This document shows, one piece after another, positions 1 through 8,570 of a DNA stretch of 64,000 nucleotides. Under the pieces are notes generated by a model. The model was not told the origin of the DNA. It was given only the letters and a program-made list of their open reading frames with translations, and searched no databases. The stretch is from NCBI GenBank assembly GCA_965232515.1, contig CBDDPY010000002.1, forward strand, positions 6,080,001 through 6,144,000, written 5' to 3'. This DNA comes from Alphaproteobacteria bacterium. Its GTDB lineage: Bacteria; Pseudomonadota; Alphaproteobacteria; GCA-2731375. Numbering within the stretch: position 1 is the first letter of the stretch; the number at the start of each line of letters is the position of its first letter. Position numbers and translations under genes: made by a program.

Positions 1-585
1 CCATACGGCGAGGCGAGCGGTCGGCTGAAGACGCTCTACGATCGGATCAAGGGGCCGGACGACAACGTCGACAACATCATGATGGCGCACAGCCTCAGGC
101 CGCACACCATGGAAGGGCACATGTACATCTACAAGTACGTGCTGCACCATTCCGGCAACCGGCTGTCGAAGTGGCTGCTGGAGGCGCTCGGCGTCTACAC
201 CAGCCTGCTGAACGGCTGCAGCTACTGCGTCGAGCATCATTTCCAGGGTATGCGGCGCCTGCTGGCGGACGATGCGCGCGCCGACGGGATACGCGCGGCC
301 TTCGAAGCCGGTGCGCCGGAGCGTGCTTTCGACGGCCGCGAGCTGGCGATGATGCACTACGCCGCGGCCCTGACCACGTCGCCGCAAAGCATCGATGCCG
401 GGACGATCGATCGTCTGCGCGCCGCCGGTCTGGACGACGGCGAGATCCTGGAGGTCAATCAGGTCGTCAGCTACTTCGCCTACGCCAACCGCACCGTGTT
501 GGGACTCGGCGTCAACACCGACGGCGATGTCCTGGGCCTGTCGCCGAACGATTCCGACGATCCCGGCAACTGGTCGCACAATTGA
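1..585 (+). CDS. AhpD-like / carboxymuconolactone decarboxylase family peroxidase-related protein (5' end outside window)
   Basis: Frame open from base 1 (PYGEASGRLKTLYDRIKGPDDNVDNIMMAHSLRP...); CxxC motif NGCSYCVEHH and C-terminal YFAYANR typical of the AhpD-like family. Confidence 0.85.
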   Translation, partial: PYGEASGRLKTLYDRIKGPDDNVDNIMMAHSLRPHTMEGHMYIYKYVLHHSGNRLSKWLLEALGVYTSLLNGCSYCVEHHFQGMRRLLADDARADGIRAAFEAGAPERAFDGRELAMMHYAAALTTSPQSIDAGTIDRLRAAGLDDGEILEVNQVVSYFAYANRTVLGLGVNTDGDVLGLSPNDSDDPGNWSHN

Positions 586-633
586 TGCCGTTCGGTTCGC
601 GGAAGCGACCATTTGAAGGTTAGGGGCTCAAGC

Positions 634-1632
634 ATGGCGCAGTCGGTATTGGTGACGGGGGGCGCGGGCTACATCGGCTCGCATATCGTCCTGGCGCTGC
701 TGGACGCGGGCCACGGGGTCGTGGTCCTGGACGATCTGTCGTCCGGCCGGCGCGAGCTCGTGCCGGCCGATGCCGCTTTTATCGAGGCCGATGTCGGCGA
801 TGGGGCGGCGCTCGACGCCTGTTTCGACGCGCATGACATCGACGCCGTCATCCATACGGCCGGCTCGATCATCGTATCGGAATCGGTCGAACAACCGCTG
901 CGCTACTACGACAACAACACGGCCAAAAGCGGCGTGCTGATCGACGCCTGCATTCGGGCCGGCGTCGGCCGGTTCATTTTCTCCTCGACCGCCGCCGTCT
1001 ACGGCGAGCCGGCGGTGCTGCCGATCCCGGAGACCGCGCCGCTGCAGCCCATCAACCCCTATGGCCGAAGCAAGCTGGCGGTCGAGTGGATGCTGCGGGA
1101 CGCCGGCACGGCGCACGGTCTGCGATCCGGCATCCTGCGCTACTTCAACGCGGCCGGCGCCGATCCGGCGGGACGTAGCGGCCAGTCCACGCCGTTCGCG
1201 ACGCATCTGATCAAGATCGCGAGCCAGCTCGTTGCCGGCGCGCGCGACCACATGACGATTTTCGGCGACGATTATCCGACCGCGGACGGCACCTGCGTCC
1301 GCGACTATATCCACGTCAGCGATCTGGCCGCCGCGCACCTCGCGGCGCTCACCGACCTCGAGGCCGGCGGCGACAGTTTCGCGCTCAATTGCGGCTATGG
1401 CCGCGGTCATTCGGTGCGCGAGGTGTTGGACGCGGTGACGGCGGCCGCCGGCCGGCCGCTCGATATCCGTACCGGCCCGCGCCGCGCCGGCGATCCGCCG
1501 GCACTGGTGGCCGACGTGTCGGCGCTCGGCGCGCGATTGCGCTGGCAGCCGCGGCACGACAACCTGGCGGATATCGTCGGCTCGGCGCTGGCGTGGGAAA
1601 CCCGTCTGGTCGACAGCGAGCGCGCGGGTTAG
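634..1632 (+). CDS. galE: UDP-glucose 4-epimerase
   Basis: TGGAGYIGSH NAD motif, FSSTAAVYG, PYGRSK (YxxxK), RYFNAAGADP, DGTCVRDYIHVSDLA. Confidence 0.95.
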   Translation: MAQSVLVTGGAGYIGSHIVLALLDAGHGVVVLDDLSSGRRELVPADAAFIEADVGDGAALDACFDAHDIDAVIHTAGSIIVSESVEQPLRYYDNNTAKSGVLIDACIRAGVGRFIFSSTAAVYGEPAVLPIPETAPLQPINPYGRSKLAVEWMLRDAGTAHGLRSGILRYFNAAGADPAGRSGQSTPFATHLIKIASQLVAGARDHMTIFGDDYPTADGTCVRDYIHVSDLAAAHLAALTDLEAGGDSFALNCGYGRGHSVREVLDAVTAAAGRPLDIRTGPRRAGDPPALVADVSALGARLRWQPRHDNLADIVGSALAWETRLVDSERAG

Positions 1633-1666
1633 GCTCGGACCGATCGCAAGGGATGGAGTGGCGCGT

Positions 1667-2659
1667 ATGCGCGCAATCGTCTGCCGGCAGTGGGGTGGAC
1701 CGGAAGACCTGACGCTTGAAGACGTGCCGCCGCCGTCGCCGGGTCCAGATGAAATTCTGATCGGCGTGCGCCGCGCCGCCGTCAACTATGCCGACACGAT
1801 CATGGTGCGCGGCGACTATCAGACCAAGCCTGAGCTGCCGTTCAGCCCGGGCATCGAGGCGGTCGGCGAGGTGCTGGCCTGCGGCGACAAGGTCACGGAC
1901 TTCACGCCCGGCGACCGGGTCATGGCGCTGGTCTGGCACGGCGGCTTCGCCGAGCAGGTCGTGGCGAACCCGGTCGAGACCTTCAAGCTGCCGGACGGCA
2001 TGGACATGGACATCGCCGCCGCGATGCTGGGCGCCTATGTCTCGAGCCATGTGGCGCTGCGCTGGCAGGGGCGGCTCGAGGCCGGCGAGACGTTGCTGGT
2101 GCTGGGCGCGGGCGGCGGTGTCGGGCTCGCCGCGGTCGAGATCGGCAAGGCGATGGGCGCCAGGGTCATTGCCGCGGCCAGCGCGGACGAGCGGCTGGCG
2201 CTGGCGCGCACGCATGGCGCCGATGAGGTCGTGAACTATGCCGACGGCGACCTGCGCGCCGAGGTCGCGGCGCTCACCGACAAACACGGCGTCGATATTT
2301 GTTTCGATCCGGTGGGCGGGCCGCTGTTCGATCAGGCCCTGTCGTCGCTGGCCTGGGGCGGTCGCATTCTGCTGATCGGGTTCGTCGGCGGGATTCAGCA
2401 GATCCCGGCGAACCGCCTGCTGGTCAAGCACCGCTCGGCCCTGGGCTCGTCGCTGCGTTATTTCCGCAACCAGCGCCCGGACTTACTGCGCCGAAGTGTC
2501 GAGGAACTGTGCCGTTGGCAGGCCGATGGCAAGGTGCGGCCGACGGTGTCGGCCGTCTATCCCCTGGACCAGGTGCCGGCGGCAATGCAGGCGTTGGTCG
2601 ATCGGCAGGTCGTCGGCCGGGTGATTGCCGCGATTGACGATGGAGACCGGCAACCGTGA
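1667..2659 (+). CDS. NADPH:quinone oxidoreductase family (zinc-independent MDR)
   Basis: MRAIVC..GGPEDL, PFSPGIE, GAGGGVG nucleotide motif; GGAG RBS before ATG 1667. Confidence 0.88.
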   Translation: MRAIVCRQWGGPEDLTLEDVPPPSPGPDEILIGVRRAAVNYADTIMVRGDYQTKPELPFSPGIEAVGEVLACGDKVTDFTPGDRVMALVWHGGFAEQVVANPVETFKLPDGMDMDIAAAMLGAYVSSHVALRWQGRLEAGETLLVLGAGGGVGLAAVEIGKAMGARVIAAASADERLALARTHGADEVVNYADGDLRAEVAALTDKHGVDICFDPVGGPLFDQALSSLAWGGRILLIGFVGGIQQIPANRLLVKHRSALGSSLRYFRNQRPDLLRRSVEELCRWQADGKVRPTVSAVYPLDQVPAAMQALVDRQVVGRVIAAIDDGDRQP

Positions 2660-3351
2660 TGCGCCGCCGCGGGATTTTGGCCGTGCTGGCGCTGGCCGCC
2701 GTCTGCCTGTTCGGCGGGCCGGCGGTGAATGCCGGCCGACCGGTGGATCTGGCCCTGATCCTGGCGGTCGACTGTTCCTACAGCGTCAGCGCCGACGAGT
2801 TCCGCAAGCAGGTGATCGGTCTGTCGCTGGCGCTTCGCGACCCGGAGGTGATTGCGGCGATCCAGGGCGGCCGTCACGGCGCGATCTCGGTGGCGGTGGT
2901 GCAATGGTCGTCGTCCGGCGCGCAGGTCGCCGCCGTGCCCTGGACGCTGGTCGATGGACCGGACGCGGCCGATCAGCTCGCCGACCGCATCGCCGCGACA
3001 CAACGGCTGACCCGCGAAGGCGGCACGTCGATCTCGCATGCGCTCGAATTCTCGGCCGCGCTGTTCGCCGTCAATCCCTTCAACAGCGACCGTCATGTAA
3101 TCGACGTCTCGGGCGACGGCCGCAACAACAACGGCGTCAAGCTGCGGCCCGTGCGCGACCGGCTTGTCGCCGACGGCATCACGATCAACGGCCTGGTCAT
3201 CCTGAACGAGGATCAGACCCTCGACCGATATTTCGAATCGGATGTGATCGGCGGCGCCGGCGCATTCATCGTGCGCGCGGACGACTACGACGATTATCTC
3301 GAGGCGATCCGTCGTAAGCTGTTGCGCGAGATCAACAACTTCGTTTCCTGA
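2656..3351 (+). CDS. DUF1194 (vWA-like) exported protein
   Basis: Signal peptide; VDLALILAVDCSYSV (MIDAS-like DxSxS), VIDVSGDGRNN, AIRRKLLREI C-terminus. Confidence 0.85.
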   Translation: MMRRRGILAVLALAAVCLFGGPAVNAGRPVDLALILAVDCSYSVSADEFRKQVIGLSLALRDPEVIAAIQGGRHGAISVAVVQWSSSGAQVAAVPWTLVDGPDAADQLADRIAATQRLTREGGTSISHALEFSAALFAVNPFNSDRHVIDVSGDGRNNNGVKLRPVRDRLVADGITINGLVILNEDQTLDRYFESDVIGGAGAFIVRADDYDDYLEAIRRKLLREINNFVS

Positions 3352-3444
3352 CGCCGGCGCGCCGGACCCGGTTTATCCGTATTGTCATGCAAGCTACACT
3401 CGCCGCCGGGGGAGAGAGCGGCCGCTCGGGAGACAATCAACGGA

Positions 3445-4671
3445 ATGAACAACAGTCTTGCGGGACTGCGGCTGGTCGAGGGATCGGCCTTCGTCGCGGC
3501 GCCATTCGCCGGCATGACCCTTGCGCAGCAGGGTGTCGATGTCATCCGGTTCGACCCGATCGGCGGCGGCCTCGACTATCATCGCTGGCCGGTGACCGAT
3601 GACGGCAGCAGTCTCTACTGGGCCAGCTTGAACAAGGGCAAGCGGTCGATCGCGGTGGACCTCAGAAGCGAAGAGGGCCGCGATCTCGTGATCATGCTGA
3701 TCACCGCGGCGGGCGTCGACGCCGGCCTTTTCCTGACCAATTTCCCAGCCGTCGGCTGGCTCGACTACAAGGAATTGAAGAAGCGCCGGTCCGATCTGAT
3801 CATGCTCAACATCATGGGCAACTCGGACGGTACATCGGAAGTCGACTACACCGTCAACTGCGCGACCGGCCTGCCTTTCATGACCGGACCGTCGGAGCAT
3901 CCGGGGCCCGTGAACCACGTGCTGCCGGCCTGGGATCTGCTGACTGGCCTGACCGCCGTGAATGGGCTGCTGACGGCGGAGCGGCATCGGCGACTGAGCG
4001 GCGAGGGACAACTGATCAAGCTGGCGCTGTCGGATGTCGCCTTCGCCACCATGGGCAACCTGGGTTTCATCTCCGAATACCAGATCAGCGGCACGGAACG
4101 CGGCAGCACCAGCAACGACCTTTACGGCGCCTTCGGCCGCGATTTCGAGACCCGCGACGGCCGTCGGGTGATGATCGCGGCGATCAGTCCGCGGCAGTGG
4201 CAGGCTTTGGTGAAGGCGACGGGCATCGCGGATGCGGTCAAGCGCATCGAGGAATCCGAGGACGTGGACCTGAACCAGCAGGGCGACCGCTATCGGGCGC
4301 GCGAGGCGATCGCCGCATTGCTGGCGCCCTGGTGCGCGGCGCGTAGCATGGCGGAGGTGGCCGATGCCTTGAATCTCGCGCGGGTGAGCTGGGGGCCCTA
4401 TCAGACGGTGCGGCAGATGCTCGAGGAGGACCGCCGCTGCTCCACGGCAAATCCCATGTTCGCGGAGGTCGAGCAGCCGGGCATCGGCCGGCACCTGATG
4501 CCGGGCTCGCCACTGGAGTTCAAGGCCGCGGATCGTCATCCGGCCCGGCCGGCGCCGCTTTTGGGCCAGCACACGGACGAGATCCTGTACGATCTCTTGG
4601 ATCTGAGCGATGTCCAGATCGGCCGCCTGCACGATCGGGGATTGGTCGCCGGCCCGACGCCGAAGGAGTAG
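3445..4671 (+). CDS. mct: Family III CoA-transferase, mesaconyl-CoA C1-C4 transferase (2-methylfumaryl-CoA isomerase)-like
   Basis: VEGSAFVAAP..GMTLAQ.G.DVIRFDPIGGGLDY.RWP N-terminus, VDYTVN catalytic Asp context and PVNHVLPAWD match the Mct subfamily. Confidence 0.8.
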   Translation: MNNSLAGLRLVEGSAFVAAPFAGMTLAQQGVDVIRFDPIGGGLDYHRWPVTDDGSSLYWASLNKGKRSIAVDLRSEEGRDLVIMLITAAGVDAGLFLTNFPAVGWLDYKELKKRRSDLIMLNIMGNSDGTSEVDYTVNCATGLPFMTGPSEHPGPVNHVLPAWDLLTGLTAVNGLLTAERHRRLSGEGQLIKLALSDVAFATMGNLGFISEYQISGTERGSTSNDLYGAFGRDFETRDGRRVMIAAISPRQWQALVKATGIADAVKRIEESEDVDLNQQGDRYRAREAIAALLAPWCAARSMAEVADALNLARVSWGPYQTVRQMLEEDRRCSTANPMFAEVEQPGIGRHLMPGSPLEFKAADRHPARPAPLLGQHTDEILYDLLDLSDVQIGRLHDRGLVAGPTPKE

Positions 4672-4679
4672 ACGCAAGC

Positions 4680-5549
4680 ATGTCAGAAGTCCAATCGCCG
4701 GCCGGCGGCGCCTACGCGGACTGGGTCGGCCGCCGGGAGACGACGGTGGATCGTATCGCGCTGGCGCCAGCCCGCGGCCTGCTGGCAACGCTGAACGATG
4801 CCGCGACGGTTCTGACCGAAGGCGACGAGCTGCCGCCGCTCTGGCATTGGCTGTACTTTCTGGCGCAGGCCCCGCAATCGGCCATCGACGTCGACGGCCA
4901 TCCGGTTCGGGGCGGGTTTCTGCCGCCGGTCGACTTGCCGCGGCGGATGTTCGCCGGCGCCCGGATGACGTTCGAGGCGCCGCTCAGGATCGGCGTCGAG
5001 GTGCGGCGGGAGAGCGAGATCCTCGACGTCGTCGAGAAGTCCGGCCGCAGCGGCCGGCTGGTCTTCGTGACCGTGCGCAACCGGATCTATGACGGCGACC
5101 GGCTCTGCATCGAGGAGACCCGCAACATCGTCTATCGCGAGGCCGGCGGCCCGACGCCCGCGCCGGTGCCGTTGTCCGAATTGCCGGCCGCGCCGGCCGG
5201 CGCCTGGGTCGAGACGGTGTCGCCCGATCCGGTGCTGCTGTTCCGTTATTCGGCGCTGACCTTCAACGGCCATCGCATTCACTACGACTATCCCTATGTC
5301 ACCGGCGAGGAAGGTTATCCGGGACTGGTCGTGCACGGGCCGCTGATCGCGACCTTGCTGATCGATCTTGTGCGCCGGCATGCCGACCGTCCGGTGCGCG
5401 CGTTCCAATTCCGGGCCAACGCGCCGTTGTTCGCCGGCGCACCGTTCCGGGTGATCGGTCAGACGACGGGCGAAGGCATCGAGCTGACGGCCGAGCGCTG
5501 TGACGGCGCGGCCGCGATGACCGCGACGGCCGAACTACTTGCTGGTTAG
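4680..5549 (+). CDS. Double hot-dog acyl-CoA hydratase, mesaconyl-C4-CoA / itaconyl-CoA hydratase-like
   Basis: LPPLWHWLYF, GGFLPPVDLPRRMFAG, YSALTFNGHRIHYD, VVHGPL; starts 8 bp after the mct-like gene. Confidence 0.82.
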   Translation: MSEVQSPAGGAYADWVGRRETTVDRIALAPARGLLATLNDAATVLTEGDELPPLWHWLYFLAQAPQSAIDVDGHPVRGGFLPPVDLPRRMFAGARMTFEAPLRIGVEVRRESEILDVVEKSGRSGRLVFVTVRNRIYDGDRLCIEETRNIVYREAGGPTPAPVPLSELPAAPAGAWVETVSPDPVLLFRYSALTFNGHRIHYDYPYVTGEEGYPGLVVHGPLIATLLIDLVRRHADRPVRAFQFRANAPLFAGAPFRVIGQTTGEGIELTAERCDGAAAMTATAELLAG

Positions 5550-7646
5550 CACCAGCACGCCGTCCCAATCCTCGGGTGGCGGTTGGTCGAGATACTCGCG
5601 GCAGCGCTTCGCCATCACGGCGGCGGGCCCATCGTCAGCCAGTTTGTCGAAAGCGGTGGCGGCTTCGTCGAAGCGGCGTGACCGGTAGAGCGTCAGAGCC
5701 GCGGCGTAATCCTCGACCAGACGATGCTGGGCCTCGCTCGCGGTCATCGGCGGCGCGATGACCTCGTAGATGCCGACGGGCTGGGCGCGGCCTTTGACCG
5801 CCACGCGGTCCAGCTCGCGCATCAGGAACCACCCGGCAACGGCGGCTGCCGTGGTATCGCTGATCACGATCTCGCAGCCATAAACGCCCGGCAGGCCCTC
5901 GAGGCGCGAGGCCACATTCACGGTTTCGCCCACGGCCGTATAATTGAAGCGCTTCTGCGATCCGACGTTGCCGACGATTGCGTCGCCGGTATGCGCACCG
6001 ATCTTCACGCCAAAACTGTGCCCGCCGCCCGTGGTCTCGGCCCGCGCCTGGTGGATCAAGTCGGTGATGCGCAGGGCGGCGCCGACGGCGTTGGCGGCGT
6101 GATCCGGATCGTCGGCCGGCGCGCCCCAGATGCCCATGACGGCATCGCCGATGAACTTGTCGACATAGCCGCCGCTATCGTCGATGGCGTCCGCGATCAG
6201 CGCCAGATAGCGGTTGGTGATCTGCATCAGCTCGTCGGCCGAGACCTTGGTCGACAGGGCCGTGAAGCCGGAGAGGTCGGCGAACATGATCGTCACCGGC
6301 CGGGTGTCGCCGCCCAGCCGCAGGGCGTCCGGGTTCTCGGCCAGGCGCTCCACCAGGGCCGGCGCCAGGTAGTGGTCGAATGCCTTGGTCACCAGAAGCT
6401 GACGCCGCTCGACCGCGAGATACCGAACCGTGTAGGCAAGTATGACGGAAACCAAAAGAACGGCGATCGCCGGACCGGCGGGGAACCAGTAGGCCGCCTC
6501 CAACAGAACGACTTCGCCGGCCCAGGCAGCGATACCCGCGAGCAGCGTGGCGCCAGCCGCCATCCAGGGCATCAGCGTCAGGCCGATCACCGCGCCGATG
6601 CCGCCGGACAGGACGCCGGCGGCGACACGCCAGGCGATCGGCAGCACCTCGGTCAGGTCATCGTTCAGCACCGCCTCGGCCGCGGTCGCATGCAGAAACA
6701 CGCCCGGAACGGTGCTGGCGGCCTGCTCGGCGTCGGACGCCGACACCGAAACGCCTTTTGGAATCAAACTACAGGTTGCCTTGTCGGGCTCGCTCGCCGC
6801 GGCAACCGGTTCTGGTTCGGGCAGGAACCTGCCGGCGGACCGCTTGCGGTCCTCGTCCGGCAGGGTCGTGCCGACAAATGCCATCCGGTCCGCGAACACG
6901 TCCGCCAGCCGGGCGGGCTCGCTCTCGGCGCAGTTCAGCACGTCGATTAGCGAATAGGTCGGCATGGCTTCCAGATGTCGGCGGGGCGCGAGCAGGACCT
7001 CGGGCGGCATGGCCGGGCCGCCGCTGCGGTTGAGCGTGGCCGCAGTGAGGCCCGGCAACGGTTCGCCATCGATGATGACCGGCATCGCCTGGACACGACG
7101 ATAGATGCCGTCCTCGTCAGGGACGATCTCCAGTAAGCCGAAAGCGCCGGGGTCTTCTCGTAGCGCGGCGCGGTATTGCTGCGCCGGCAAGGTTGCGGCG
7201 GAGCGTCCGAGTACGATCCGATCCCGGTTTCGCGACAGCGCGATCATGAAAGGACGGTCGAATCCGTCTTTTAACTCGTTACCGCTGTAGGCCAGCAACA
7301 GGTCGAACGCGATTGCCTTGGCCTGGGCTTCGACCAGTGCAAGGATCAGCCGTTCCCAGATCTCGCCAAACATCGCGCGCGGATAGGTGGCCAGACGGGG
7401 ATCGGTAAGGCTGCGCTCGTCGACGGCGATCACCACGACGGGGGCGAAACGCGTCTCGACCGGCGCCGGCATGACGGCCGCGCGGGCGGCGATGGCGGCG
7501 TCGTAGAGAAACCCATCGACACGGCCGACGCCGTCGGCAAATTGCGCGACGATGCCGCCGGCGATGGCGCAGACAGCGATGGTGATGGCGGCGGCGCGTT
7601 TGCTCAGGTTCACCCGTCGTCCCCCCCAACGGCGGGTTGCCGTCAC
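5535..7646 (-). CDS. CHASE2-domain class III adenylate cyclase with C-terminal TPR-like tail
   Basis: N-terminal TM, VVVIAVDERSL..YPR CHASE2 start, PGVFLHA, 3 TM helices, FADLSGFT, DKFIGDAVM, YTAVGETVNVASRLE, PPEDWDG end. Confidence 0.9.
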   Translation of the reverse strand: MTATRRWGGRRVNLSKRAAAITIAVCAIAGGIVAQFADGVGRVDGFLYDAAIAARAAVMPAPVETRFAPVVVIAVDERSLTDPRLATYPRAMFGEIWERLILALVEAQAKAIAFDLLLAYSGNELKDGFDRPFMIALSRNRDRIVLGRSAATLPAQQYRAALREDPGAFGLLEIVPDEDGIYRRVQAMPVIIDGEPLPGLTAATLNRSGGPAMPPEVLLAPRRHLEAMPTYSLIDVLNCAESEPARLADVFADRMAFVGTTLPDEDRKRSAGRFLPEPEPVAAASEPDKATCSLIPKGVSVSASDAEQAASTVPGVFLHATAAEAVLNDDLTEVLPIAWRVAAGVLSGGIGAVIGLTLMPWMAAGATLLAGIAAWAGEVVLLEAAYWFPAGPAIAVLLVSVILAYTVRYLAVERRQLLVTKAFDHYLAPALVERLAENPDALRLGGDTRPVTIMFADLSGFTALSTKVSADELMQITNRYLALIADAIDDSGGYVDKFIGDAVMGIWGAPADDPDHAANAVGAALRITDLIHQARAETTGGGHSFGVKIGAHTGDAIVGNVGSQKRFNYTAVGETVNVASRLEGLPGVYGCEIVISDTTAAAVAGWFLMRELDRVAVKGRAQPVGIYEVIAPPMTASEAQHRLVEDYAAALTLYRSRRFDEAATAFDKLADDGPAAVMAKRCREYLDQPPPEDWDGVLVLTSK

Positions 7647-8293
7647 TCGACGCGGATCAAGGTGAGCGGCGTACTGCCGCGCTGCTCGGCAATCGTCACC
7701 TTCAGGCTGTGCTGACCCTTGCCGTCGTCGGTCAGCAGGTCGATGTCGTAGGCCGACCCGGCCTTCAATGGCGCCGTGCCTTCAGGCCAGGTGAAGCGCC
7801 AGCCGTCGATGCGGCCTTCGAAAACGGTCGTCTCGCCGTCGCGGACGCGTAGCCGCGCCACCCGCGCACGATTCGCGCCGACCAGCACGAAACTCGGCTT
7901 GGTCGTCAGACGCAGACCGCCTGGCACGACGTTGCGCAGCTGAACGCCGCTGACTTCCATGCCGACGGCCACGGTCTTGGGACACTTGCTGCGCCGGACG
8001 TCCAGGATCTTGCCTTTCTGGGTCGTATAGGTCTGACGCGAGAAGTTAACGCGCCCGCCTTCGACGACGACCGTTTCGCAACGCTGGTAGTGCTGGAATT
8101 CCAACCGGCCGCCGTTGCCCAGGTCGATCGACTTTCCGGCGGAGATTTCGTCGAACGGACCGACGTCGGTGGTCACGGCGCCGACGATATCGGTAATTAA
8201 CGCCACCGGCCGTTGTGCGGCAGCGGTATCTGCCCATCCCATGGTCGCGGTCAGCGCGACGACAAAAAGGGCCGTAAGGCTCGATCGTCTCAT
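7643..8293 (-). CDS. Secreted hypothetical protein translationally coupled to the CHASE2 cyclase
   Basis: ATG 8293 with GGAG RBS, signal peptide ending in an Ala-rich cleavage site, beta-rich mature part with two Cys; stop overlaps the cyclase GTG (GTGA). Confidence 0.75.
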   Translation of the reverse strand: MRRSSLTALFVVALTATMGWADTAAAQRPVALITDIVGAVTTDVGPFDEISAGKSIDLGNGGRLEFQHYQRCETVVVEGGRVNFSRQTYTTQKGKILDVRRSKCPKTVAVGMEVSGVQLRNVVPGGLRLTTKPSFVLVGANRARVARLRVRDGETTVFEGRIDGWRFTWPEGTAPLKAGSAYDIDLLTDDGKGQHSLKVTIAEQRGSTPLTLIRVE

Positions 8294-8409
8294 AGCCCTG
8301 CTCCACTGGTTCGATCGATGAATGTTAGGCGTGAGTATGGCATATCGGAGCGATTGAAGTCTGTGACGGCGGCCACTTTTTCGCACGTCCGACGGTCGGC
8401 GTCGATGTT

Positions 8410-8424
8410 GCGACACAACGTCGC
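8410..8424. promoter_or_regulatory. RegA/PrrA/RegR-type box
   Basis: GCGAC-ACAAC-GTCGC matches GCGRC-N5-GTCGC and lies 14 bp upstream of the FNR box at ccoN. Confidence 0.6.
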
Positions 8425-8438
8425 GTGACGCCAAGCCT

Positions 8439-8452
8439 TTGATCGAAATCAA
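8439..8452. promoter_or_regulatory. FNR/FixK/FnrL box upstream of ccoN
   Basis: Perfect TTGAT-CGAA-ATCAA about 120 bp upstream of the ccoN start. Confidence 0.92.
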
Positions 8453-8570
8453 TGTTGCGGCGCAACACGACAATCAGTCTGCCTCGCGAAGAGCGGCCCG
8501 TGCGGTATACTCGCGTGCATCAAACATGTGCGCCCGCAACGGCGCCGAAAGGGCGTTAGAGGTGACAGCG

